Assembly (NCBI GenBank): GCA_964597885.1
Contig: CAZQZX010000008.1
Span: forward strand, 576 to 64,575
Direction of reading: 5' to 3'
Source of the DNA: an uncultured Planctomycetota bacterium
GTDB taxonomy: Bacteria; Planctomycetota; JACOTG01; JAUIME01
Length of the DNA stretch: 64,000 bases
A program made the position numbers and the translations under genes. Under the pieces are notes generated by a model. The model saw only the letters and a program-made list of their open reading frames with translations, ran no database searches and was not told the origin of the DNA. Of the stretch, positions 19,551 through 27,995 are shown in pieces. Position 1 is the stretch's first letter; the number at the start of each line of letters is the position of its first letter.

Positions 19551-20473
19551 TGAGCGACGACGGGGAGAGCGCACGTCCGGGCCACTGTCCTGTGTGTGGA
19601 GCCCGACTGCGCGCGCTCCACTTCGCGGCGAGCCCGTCGGCCCCGCTCTACATGCGATGCGCGTCCTGCAAGGCCTCGCTCCGGTACGCTTCGCTCGTGC
19701 AGTACGCGACCGCGATCGGGTGGGGGATGGTGGGCGCCGTCGTCGCGCTCACGGCCTCGTCGTTTCTCATCGGTTTCGAGGACTGGCCGCGTCGCATCGC
19801 ATCCGGAATCGTGACCGGCATCGCGGCCGCCGTGGTGGTGGCCGGCTTCACGATCCTGCGCTCGAACCTTGCGCCGCGCGGCGGCCCGTTCGCGAGCGAC
19901 CCGGACACCCGGCGTTACGTTATCGGGATGGCGGGGACCAGCTTCACGGCCGTCGTGCTGCTCCTGCTGGCGGCGCTTCCGATCGTCAAGGTCGGGATGG
20001 AGAACCGGATGCTCGGGGGGCTCGTGATGCCGGAGCTCGCCGGGATGCCGCGCGGAGCTCCGATCGACGCACGCTGGACGCTTCGCACCCTCGACGGCGA
20101 GACCGTCGACTTCGATTCGCTTCGCGGCCGCCCGGTGTTCCTGAACATCTGGGCGACCTGGTGCGTGCCGTGCGTGGCGGAGCTTCCCGACATCGACGAG
20201 CTTTTCGACGAGGTCGGCGACACGCGCGCGGCCTTCGTGATCGCGTCGAACGAGCCGCTCGATCGCGTCCGACCGTTCGTCGAAGAGAAGGGCTACGGAT
20301 TCCCCGTGTACGTGTACGAGGGCTCGACCCCGATCCCGTTCTCGACGCCGGGGATCCCCGCGACGTTCATTCTCGACCGGACGGGGCGACTCGTGTTCAG
20401 CCACGTGGGACGTGCCGACTGGAGCACGCCCCGCGTGCGGAACTTCCTGCTCGAGCTGTGCGGCGAGAACTGA
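19550..20473 (+). CDS. TlpA-family thiol-disulfide oxidoreductase with N-terminal Zn-ribbon and TM helices
   Basis: ATG overlaps upstream TGA; CPVC...CASC; three hydrophobic helices; GRPVFLNIWATWCVPCVAELP...GIPATFILDR. Confidence 0.85.
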   Translation: MSDDGESARPGHCPVCGARLRALHFAASPSAPLYMRCASCKASLRYASLVQYATAIGWGMVGAVVALTASSFLIGFEDWPRRIASGIVTGIAAAVVVAGFTILRSNLAPRGGPFASDPDTRRYVIGMAGTSFTAVVLLLLAALPIVKVGMENRMLGGLVMPELAGMPRGAPIDARWTLRTLDGETVDFDSLRGRPVFLNIWATWCVPCVAELPDIDELFDEVGDTRAAFVIASNEPLDRVRPFVEEKGYGFPVYVYEGSTPIPFSTPGIPATFILDRTGRLVFSHVGRADWSTPRVRNFLLELCGEN

Positions 20474-20494
20474 GTCGAGACTTCTGGGCGGGCC

Positions 20495-23326
20495 CTACCG
20501 CGCCACGTCCAGGACGGCCCGCGCGCGCAGGCCGTCGTCCTCGAAGGTGATCCCGAAGTTCGCTCGCTGGAATCGCTTCATCGCGGGCGGGACGTCGGGG
20601 CCGTCCTTCGGGTCGCCGGGGTGTCCGTACACGGACGACTCGAACGTCTCCCACTCGAAGTTCCAGATGAAGGCGCCACCGGCGGGGCACAGGATCCGAA
20701 CGCCCCAGTTCTCGTCGTGGAAGGCGACGGCGTCGAAGTCGTCGTCCTCGCGGCCGAAGTGGCGCTTCCACTCGTTGAGGATCGGAATCGCGGTGAACGC
20801 GCGGCGTCGCATCTCTTCGTTCCAGCTCTCGTTGTAGATGTCCTGCAGAACCGGGATGCCTTCGCGGGAGATCTCGAGCGTGGCGCTCTTCCCGAGGAGC
20901 TCGAGCTCTTCGGGAGCGTCGGGTGAGGGCTGATCCTCGTCGGCGTTCTTGCGCGCGTAGTGCCGATCGATCGCGCGTCGGATCGTCTGCTCGTCGAAGC
21001 TCAGGGTAAGCGAACCGGGGAGCGCGACGTAGTAGAGCGCGGGATCGTTGAACTCGTCGAGGCCGAACTCCTCGTTGGCGGTGATCTTCACGAACGTCGC
21101 TTCTTGGTGCTCGATGTTCTCCCAGAACGTCATGCCCGGCGCGGTCTGGTTGACGAAGGCCCGCAGCGCGGTCAGGAAGCCGGCTAGCCGGAGCGGACTC
21201 TTCACCTCGAAGTGGAGTGCAATGGCGAGCCGCCCGAGCTGCTCGCGCATGAACTCCATCTTGTTCTCGGCGGTGGCGAGGTCGGCCCAGACGGCCGATC
21301 GGTCCACGTAGAGGGAGGCCGACGAACCGAGCCAAGCGAGCGGATTGGCTCCGCCACTCGGAGCGATGCCGCGCATGAAGCCGTCGGCCATCCGGAAGCT
21401 CTGCGAATCGGAATTGATGGCCATCGTCACGTGCAGCAGCGAGCCGGCGTGACGATCGCCCGCGTCCGGCGCGATCTCGGCGCCCGACGAGAGGTTCACG
21501 AACTGGCGGTAGCTGGAGCCGCCGATCAGCGGCAGCACGGTGATGTCCGCGTCGATCTTCTGATCCTTCACGAGGAAGCGGATCGCGATCGGGTCGAAGA
21601 ACGTGCGCCAGTTGCGCTCGTACCCGCTCTTCCATCGGCGGTACGCGTCGGCTTCGGACTCGGTGACGGTCTCCATCGAGAGCTCGGCCACCGGCGTCAG
21701 GAACCCGAGATTGCCGTAGATCGAGGACGAGGCGCCGTCCTTCGACATCGTCACGTCGCCGAGGCTGCCCCCGAGGAGGTCGCTCGGCAAGACGACCGAC
21801 GAATCGCGATAGTCGGCCTCGATCCGGGACGCGCGAACCTCGGAGAGGAGCGCGGCCGCGCGCAGTCGGCGCGACGCGGCGATGCGCCAGCGCGGGCTGC
21901 ACCAGCGCCGGATCGTGGCATCGGTGATCATCACGTACCCCGTCTCGCCGGGGTTGCCCTGATCGTCCTTGCCTCGCGGGTAACGGTGCCGGAAGAACTT
22001 GTACTCGAGCGACGAGGCCAGCGCGTCGTGCTCGCCGGCGGCCACGCCGGCCAGGCGTTCGAGGAGCGGCTTCGAGTTCGCGACGACGAGCACATTGTCG
22101 GCGAGCCGCATCGAGTACGTGCAGATCGATCGGTCCTTGGAGCGCGCTCCGCTGTACGGGACGTCGCCGATGCGGCCGTCGTCCGCCTTGGCGGTGCCCT
22201 GGCTGATCGCCGTCTGCTGTTGTCCCTTCAGGAACGCCTCGAGGATGGGCGTCGCGCCCGGCACGGCGTGAAACAGAACCGCGACGTCGCTGCCGGTGCG
22301 AAGGTAGGGATCGGATCCGGTGAGCGCGATCTCGGAGATCACCGTCGGTCCGAGCACGCGCGTGACCTCGTTCAGGGTCAGCGAGAGCTGCGTCTCGTAG
22401 CGTTCGAGAGTGTGGGCATCCTCGACGCGCGGCTCGATCACTCCGAGGACCGGCGCGCCGTTGGCTTTCGCTTCGTCGACGAGCGTGGTGAGCGCGTTGA
22501 AGCTCGGAAGGAACACCGCGTGGCAGTCTTCGGGCACGAATGCCGCGAGCGGATCGAGCTCGGGGTCGATCTCGGCCGTACGGCCTTCCCAGTCGTAGGC
22601 GTTCACCGTGATGCCTTCGAGGCTCGAGAGCTCGACTCTCTTCTCGTCGTCGCCGGGCTCGAGGCCGAGGAACTGCCGATCGAGCTGGAGATTCTCGGAG
22701 ATGGCGCGGCCGCCCGTCATCATCTCGTACGAGCGCGCGAGGTCGCCGGTCACCGGGCGGGCGCGCGGCGTTTGGCCGGTGATCGGCGCGTCGGCGTCGT
22801 CGGCTCCCTCGGCGCGTCGGGCTTCCCGCGCGCGATGACGGAACCAGGCCGCCCCGGGCCGATCGGTGCGGAGCAAACGATCGTAGTGGCGCCGTACGAT
22901 GCGGTGGAACTCACGGGGGTCGGTGGCTTCGGTGTCGGCCGCGATCCGGAAGCGGAGGGCCGTTCTTTTCTGATCGGGCGTGACGTCGGGAACGTAGATG
23001 CGCCCGGTGATGTCCTCGCCGGCGGGAGCCCGCACCGCGATCACGCCATGGCGCGCGTCCTCATCGGGCGTCTGCCCCGGGCCTTCGAGGAATGCTTCCC
23101 CCGGACCGTCGAGAACGACGCGCGTTCGGTTGCGACGGAAGCGCCACCACATCCGGCGTCGCGGATCGTCGTCGGCAAGCGAGCCCTCGGTGAGCTCGAG
23201 ATCGTCCACCGCGATGACGTGGTACACCTCGGCGGCGTGTGCGCTCTCGGGCGTCACGAATCCGAGACCGAGGCTCAGAAGCGGCAGACAGAGGATCAGC
23301 GGAAGAGGAATCGACTTGAACGGCAT
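20495..23326 (-). CDS. Large secreted hypothetical protein (943 aa)
   Basis: Signal peptide, SD AAGGAG, host-like codon use; no catalytic motif recognised. Confidence 0.8.
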   Translation of the reverse strand: MPFKSIPLPLILCLPLLSLGLGFVTPESAHAAEVYHVIAVDDLELTEGSLADDDPRRRMWWRFRRNRTRVVLDGPGEAFLEGPGQTPDEDARHGVIAVRAPAGEDITGRIYVPDVTPDQKRTALRFRIAADTEATDPREFHRIVRRHYDRLLRTDRPGAAWFRHRAREARRAEGADDADAPITGQTPRARPVTGDLARSYEMMTGGRAISENLQLDRQFLGLEPGDDEKRVELSSLEGITVNAYDWEGRTAEIDPELDPLAAFVPEDCHAVFLPSFNALTTLVDEAKANGAPVLGVIEPRVEDAHTLERYETQLSLTLNEVTRVLGPTVISEIALTGSDPYLRTGSDVAVLFHAVPGATPILEAFLKGQQQTAISQGTAKADDGRIGDVPYSGARSKDRSICTYSMRLADNVLVVANSKPLLERLAGVAAGEHDALASSLEYKFFRHRYPRGKDDQGNPGETGYVMITDATIRRWCSPRWRIAASRRLRAAALLSEVRASRIEADYRDSSVVLPSDLLGGSLGDVTMSKDGASSSIYGNLGFLTPVAELSMETVTESEADAYRRWKSGYERNWRTFFDPIAIRFLVKDQKIDADITVLPLIGGSSYRQFVNLSSGAEIAPDAGDRHAGSLLHVTMAINSDSQSFRMADGFMRGIAPSGGANPLAWLGSSASLYVDRSAVWADLATAENKMEFMREQLGRLAIALHFEVKSPLRLAGFLTALRAFVNQTAPGMTFWENIEHQEATFVKITANEEFGLDEFNDPALYYVALPGSLTLSFDEQTIRRAIDRHYARKNADEDQPSPDAPEELELLGKSATLEISREGIPVLQDIYNESWNEEMRRRAFTAIPILNEWKRHFGREDDDFDAVAFHDENWGVRILCPAGGAFIWNFEWETFESSVYGHPGDPKDGPDVPPAMKRFQRANFGITFEDDGLRARAVLDVAR

Positions 23327-23526
23327 GATCGTACTCCTTCGCGCGTGGACACGCGACTCGCCCGGGGATCCCTACAGAATACGTCAAAACGACGCGCGGA
23401 GCGAGTCTGCGGTTTTTCCGCGAACCGAGCCCGCAACGCCGAGCGACGTCGTGGGCGAGGTCGCCGCGCCTGTGCGGTTGGCCGGCCGTCAGTCGAGTCG
23501 TGTTCGGTCTGCCGAGTGCGGGAGTC

Positions 23527-24288
23527 CTACCGGCGTTCGAGCTGCCAGAGCTTCTGCCACTTCTCTTCGGTGTCGGCGTAGAGCGATTCGAAAGCGCGCC
23601 GATCCTTCGCGATCTCGCGGTCGAGGGCGGCTGCTCGAGATCGGTTGCCGTCGGCGAGCGCTTTCTCGCGGCGCTGCTCCTTGATGCCGAGCGCCGCGCG
23701 CGCCGCGTCGACCTGGTCGAAGCGACCGAGCAGGACGCGTGCCTTGGTGAGGGTGGTGTCGACTTTTGTCTTGTAGTCGTGCGCGATAACCTTGCGCATC
23801 GAGTTGAAGGCCTTGCGAGCGCTGGCGCGGCCGAGCGCGACCGAGTGATGCTTGCGCGTCGAGTCGAAGCACACCATCGCCGGTGCTTTGAACTGGATGC
23901 CGTTGAAGAGCGGATGCGCGCGCGCCTGTCGCTCGCTGATACGGACGTTGTCGAAGAACTTCGACGTGAGCGTGATCAACTCGAGCTGCACGACAACGCT
24001 GTCGAAGCGGCGCTGATCCGCGGGGTTGTCGGTGGCGCGGATGACGACCATGAGCGGGCGCGGTGCCTCGTCCTTGGCGGCGTCTTCGGCGGCTGCGGCT
24101 TGCTCGGCATCGAGGACGGCGGGAAGGCGGCCCGACCAGTCGATCTTGGTGCGATTCTCGCGCTCGGCGGCTCGGGCCGATCCGGAGACCGGGAGCGCGA
24201 CGGCGCAGGCGATCAGGGAGAGGAGGAAAAGACGACGTACCGAACGCCGGCCGAGCGTGGCGCTCGGCGCGCAAGTGCAATTCTTCAT
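23527..24288 (-). CDS. Secreted hypothetical protein (possible redox-inactive thioredoxin-like fold plus coiled coil)
   Basis: Signal peptide LFLLSLIACAVALPVSGSARA; IDWSG...RPLMVVI...PAMVCFDSTRK without CxxC; helical C-terminus. Confidence 0.65.
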   Translation of the reverse strand: MKNCTCAPSATLGRRSVRRLFLLSLIACAVALPVSGSARAAERENRTKIDWSGRLPAVLDAEQAAAAEDAAKDEAPRPLMVVIRATDNPADQRRFDSVVVQLELITLTSKFFDNVRISERQARAHPLFNGIQFKAPAMVCFDSTRKHHSVALGRASARKAFNSMRKVIAHDYKTKVDTTLTKARVLLGRFDQVDAARAALGIKEQRREKALADGNRSRAAALDREIAKDRRAFESLYADTEEKWQKLWQLERR

Positions 24289-24377
24289 GATTGGACCGGA
24301 CCCCTGTGTTGCGTTGGTTTGTTTGGAACCCGCGGATTCTATCGGGAACGCGAATCGGGCGCAAGAGGTGGCACCGG

Positions 24378-24407
24378 TTGCGGTTCGGCCGGTTCGGGAA
24401 GTAGAAT
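24378..24407 (+). promoter_or_regulatory. Putative sigma70 promoter TTGCGG-N18-TAGAAT
   Basis: Hexamers at 24378-24383 and 24402-24407 upstream of ATG 24432. Confidence 0.45.
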
Positions 24408-24431
24408 CGCCGCCGGAGAGGAGATGTACCC

Positions 24432-25811
24432 ATGTCTGACGCTGAACGTAACTTGCAGTCGCTCCGGGAGGCCCTCGAGGTCTCGCCCGACAACGTTCCC
24501 CTGCGCCGTCACCTCGCGCGGTCGCTCGTGGACTGCCGACGTTTCGACGAGGCCATCGACGAGTTCAAGAAGGCGCTCTCGTTTGCGAGCGACGACGAGG
24601 AGCTGAAGCTCGGACTCGCCGACGCGTACCACAAGGCCGGGCGTACGTCGGAGGCGCTCGTCATTCTGGAATCGCTCGAAGCCCAGGCGCGAACCCCTGC
24701 GCCGGCCTACATCATGCACGCGCGCATCCTCCTCGCGACCGGCGAGGTCGAGGATGCCGTCCGCAAGTACAAGCGTGCGCTCGAGGTCGATCCGGCTTCG
24801 GAGGATCCCGACCTCACGTCGCGGCTCGGCGTGCAGCCCGCGCCCGCAGCGAGCGACGAGGACGAGATCGAGGAGATTCCGTTCGAGGTCGTCGATGGAC
24901 GCGTTCGCGCGAGCCACGACGAAGGCGGCGACGGCCCTCTCGGGGAAGTCGAGCGTCCCGACATCTCGTTCGACGACGTGGGCGGGATGGATCGCGTGAA
25001 GGACGAGATCCGCGCCAAGATCATTCATCCCCTCGAGCATCCCGAGATCTACGAGGCGTACGGCAAGAAGGTCGGCGGCGGCATCCTGATGTACGGCCCG
25101 CCCGGCTGCGGCAAGACGCATCTCGCGCGCGCCACGGCCGGCGAGGTGAAAGCGTCGTTCCTCTCCGTCGGACTGCACGACGTTCTCGACATGTGGATCG
25201 GGCAGAGCGAGCGGAACCTGAACGCCATCTTCCAGCAGGCGCGCGAGAACGCTCCTTGCGTTCTGTTCTTTGACGAGGTCGATGCGCTCGGCGCGAGCCG
25301 CACCGACATGCGCCAGAGCGCGGGCCGCCAGCTCATCAACCAGTTCCTCTCCGAGCTCGACGGGATCCACGCCTCGAACGAGGGCGTGCTGATCCTCGCC
25401 GCGACCAACACGCCGTGGCATCTCGACTCGGCGTTTCGTCGGCCCGGCCGATTCGATCGCATCATCTTCGTGACGCCGCCCGACGAGCCGGCTCGCGCCG
25501 AGATCCTGCGCGTGATGCTGAACGAGAAGCCCGTAAAGGAAGTGGACCGCGCGAAGGTCGCCAAGAAGACGGACGGGTTCTCGGGTGCCGACATGAAGGC
25601 GCTCGTCGACATGGCCGTCGAAGCCAAGCTCGCGGACGCCGTGAAGACGGGGATCCCCGAGCCGCTCACCACGAAGGATCTCCTCGCGGCCGCGAAGCCG
25701 CTCAAGCCGACGACGAAGGAATGGTTCGCGACGGCGCGCAACTACGCGCTCTACTCGAACCAGGGCGGCCTGTACGACAACATCCTCGACTACCTGGGGA
25801 TTCGCAAGTGA
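24432..25811 (+). CDS. TPR-containing AAA+ ATPase (classic Vps4/CDC48-like clade)
   Basis: N-terminal TPRs; Walker A GPPGCGKT, Walker B VLFFDEVD, SRH AATNTPWHLDSAFRRPGRFD. Confidence 0.92.
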   Translation: MSDAERNLQSLREALEVSPDNVPLRRHLARSLVDCRRFDEAIDEFKKALSFASDDEELKLGLADAYHKAGRTSEALVILESLEAQARTPAPAYIMHARILLATGEVEDAVRKYKRALEVDPASEDPDLTSRLGVQPAPAASDEDEIEEIPFEVVDGRVRASHDEGGDGPLGEVERPDISFDDVGGMDRVKDEIRAKIIHPLEHPEIYEAYGKKVGGGILMYGPPGCGKTHLARATAGEVKASFLSVGLHDVLDMWIGQSERNLNAIFQQARENAPCVLFFDEVDALGASRTDMRQSAGRQLINQFLSELDGIHASNEGVLILAATNTPWHLDSAFRRPGRFDRIIFVTPPDEPARAEILRVMLNEKPVKEVDRAKVAKKTDGFSGADMKALVDMAVEAKLADAVKTGIPEPLTTKDLLAAAKPLKPTTKEWFATARNYALYSNQGGLYDNILDYLGIRK

Positions 25812-27067
25812 CGTCGCCGCGCCTCACGCGGGTCGATCTGCTGATGTCGCAGGGGCGTTTCGACGCGGCCGAGGCGGAGCTCGAGGCTGTCCTTGGGGAG
25901 TCGCCGGAGACGGCCGAGGCCCACTCGATGCTCGCGATCTGCCTCGCCCACCGCGATGAGGACAAGCGCGCGCTCGAGGAAGCCAGGGAGGGCGTCGGAC
26001 TCGCGCCCGATGATCCGTACAGCCACTATGTGCTCGCCGTCATCCTCAACGACCAGAACGATCTCGTCGGAGCCGCGACGGCGGTCGGCGACGCGATCGA
26101 TCTCGACCCCGAGTATCCGTCGGCGCACGCGCTCGCCGGAAGCATCCACTACCGTCGGAAGGAGTGGGCGAAGGCGCTCGAGGCGGCACAGACGGGACTT
26201 CGCTGCGACCCCGAGCACGTGGGATGCGCGAACCTCGAGGCGATGGCGCTCAACCAGCTCGGCCGCGGCGACGAGGCGGGCGAAGCTCTCGAACAGGCGC
26301 TGAGGCGGCATCCCGAGAACGCCGAGACCCACGCGAATCGCGGGTGGAACCTGCTGCGCAAGGGGGATACGAAGGGCGCGCTCGAGAGCTTCCGCGAAGC
26401 GCTGCGCCTCGACCCGGAGCTCGACTGGGCGCGCCAGGGAATCGTCGAGGCGCTCAAGGCCCGCAATCCGATCTATCGACTGGTGCTGCACTACTTCTTC
26501 CTGATGTCGCGGCTTTCCGGTCGCGCTCAGTGGGGCATCCTGATCGGCGGGTATCTGCTGTATCGCGTCACGTTGTCGGCGGCGCAGAACGGATCGGGAG
26601 CCGCGAAGTTCCTGTGGCCGGTCGTCTGGCTGTATCTCGCGTTCGTGTTCCTCAGCTGGTTCGCCTCGCCGATCTTCGACCTGATGTTGCTCGTTCACCC
26701 TGTGGGACGGTACGCACTGTCGACCGAGGAGAAACGCGGATCGGCCATGCTCGGGATCGTGCTGCTCGGAGCGATCGCGGCGATTGCGACCTTCTTGATG
26801 AGCGGGTCGGAAGGGGCGCTGATCACGGCGCTCGTTCTCGGGGCGCTGACCTTCCCGGTGCGCGGGTACTTCGCGCTCGGATGGCCCCAGCACCGGCGGC
26901 TCATCCTCGTGACCGGCCTTGTCGTGGCGGCACTCGGTTTCGGAGGCCTCGCGATGTACCTCTCGGGAGCCGAAGCCGACACCTACGGATCGCTGGTTTT
27001 CTTCTCGTTCCTCGGCGGCCTCGCGCACTCGTGGATCGTGAACATCGTCGCGAGTCGCGAGCGGTAG
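25808..27067 (+). CDS. TPR-repeat protein with C-terminal multi-pass membrane region
   Basis: GTGA overlap with the AAA gene; about 6 TPRs (AEAHSMLA, PSAHALAG, AETHANRGW), then 6-7 hydrophobic helices. Confidence 0.85.
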   Translation: MTSPRLTRVDLLMSQGRFDAAEAELEAVLGESPETAEAHSMLAICLAHRDEDKRALEEAREGVGLAPDDPYSHYVLAVILNDQNDLVGAATAVGDAIDLDPEYPSAHALAGSIHYRRKEWAKALEAAQTGLRCDPEHVGCANLEAMALNQLGRGDEAGEALEQALRRHPENAETHANRGWNLLRKGDTKGALESFREALRLDPELDWARQGIVEALKARNPIYRLVLHYFFLMSRLSGRAQWGILIGGYLLYRVTLSAAQNGSGAAKFLWPVVWLYLAFVFLSWFASPIFDLMLLVHPVGRYALSTEEKRGSAMLGIVLLGAIAAIATFLMSGSEGALITALVLGALTFPVRGYFALGWPQHRRLILVTGLVVAALGFGGLAMYLSGAEADTYGSLVFFSFLGGLAHSWIVNIVASRER

Positions 27068-27081
27068 GAGGGGACGGACCC

Positions 27082-27756
27082 ATGCCTGAGACGAAGAAGC
27101 CCACCGAGGAGCGAACGAAGCGAGCCAGGACGGCCTTGCGCGAGCTTCGTCGGCTGTACCCGGATGCGACCTGTGCTCTCGAGCATCGGAGCGCTCTCGA
27201 GCTTCTGGTCGCGACGATCCTCTCGGCGCAATCGACCGATGCCAACGTCAACAAGGTCACGCCGGTCCTGTTCGACCGCTGGCCGGACGCGAAGTCGATC
27301 GCGGAGGCCGAGCGGGAAGACGTCGAGGAGGTCGTCCGCAGCACGGGGTTCTTCCGGCAGAAGGCCAAGAACGTGCAGGCGGCCTGTCAGAGGCTGGTCG
27401 ACGACTTCGGCGGCAAGGTGCCGCGTACGATCGAGGAGCTCGTGACGCTACCCGGCGTGGCGCGCAAGACCGCGAACGTCATCCTCGGAACGTGGTACGG
27501 CCAGAACGACGGCGTCGTCGTCGACACGCACGTCGGACGCCTCGCCCATCGCCTCGATCTCACGTGGACCAGCAAGGACACCAAGGACGCCGTGAAGATC
27601 GAGAAGGACCTGATGGCCGTCGTGCCGCAGAAGGAGTGGACCTTCTTCGGTCACGCGATCATCCTCCACGGTCGCCAGATCTGCCACGCGCGAAAGCCCG
27701 CGTGCAATGAGTGCACGATGCAGAAGTGGTGCCCGTCCGCCGAGACGGACGCCTAG
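27082..27756 (+). CDS. nth: Endonuclease III
   Basis: LLVATILSAQSTD, HhH LPGVARKTANV, VVDTHVGR, C-terminal CHARKPACNECTMQKWC [4Fe-4S] motif; SD AGGAG. Confidence 0.96.
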   Translation: MPETKKPTEERTKRARTALRELRRLYPDATCALEHRSALELLVATILSAQSTDANVNKVTPVLFDRWPDAKSIAEAEREDVEEVVRSTGFFRQKAKNVQAACQRLVDDFGGKVPRTIEELVTLPGVARKTANVILGTWYGQNDGVVVDTHVGRLAHRLDLTWTSKDTKDAVKIEKDLMAVVPQKEWTFFGHAIILHGRQICHARKPACNECTMQKWCPSAETDA

Positions 27757-27995
27757 TCCGCGTCGCGAGCATTCCGGTCGGGGGGCCGCTCTCCGATCGC
27801 CTCGGGAATCGGCAGTCGCGATCCGATTCCGAACGACTCGGGATTTTTCGTCGACCATCCCCCCCGGTTCGCGACACAAACCCCTGGATCGAAACAGCAT
27901 TCTGCAGGGGGCAGGTTCGGGGACCGGTGCGAGCGCGCGGTTCCGCCGGGGAACCGGTGCGCGAGTCGATTCTTCTCGAGCGCAGGAGGTGTCCC

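Noticed and set aside
27919-27960. GGGGA(A)CCGGTGC twice, resembling the cobalamin riboswitch GGGAA..GGTG core
   Set aside because: No downstream CCCGC/ACTGT B12-box elements and no room before the start at 27996.
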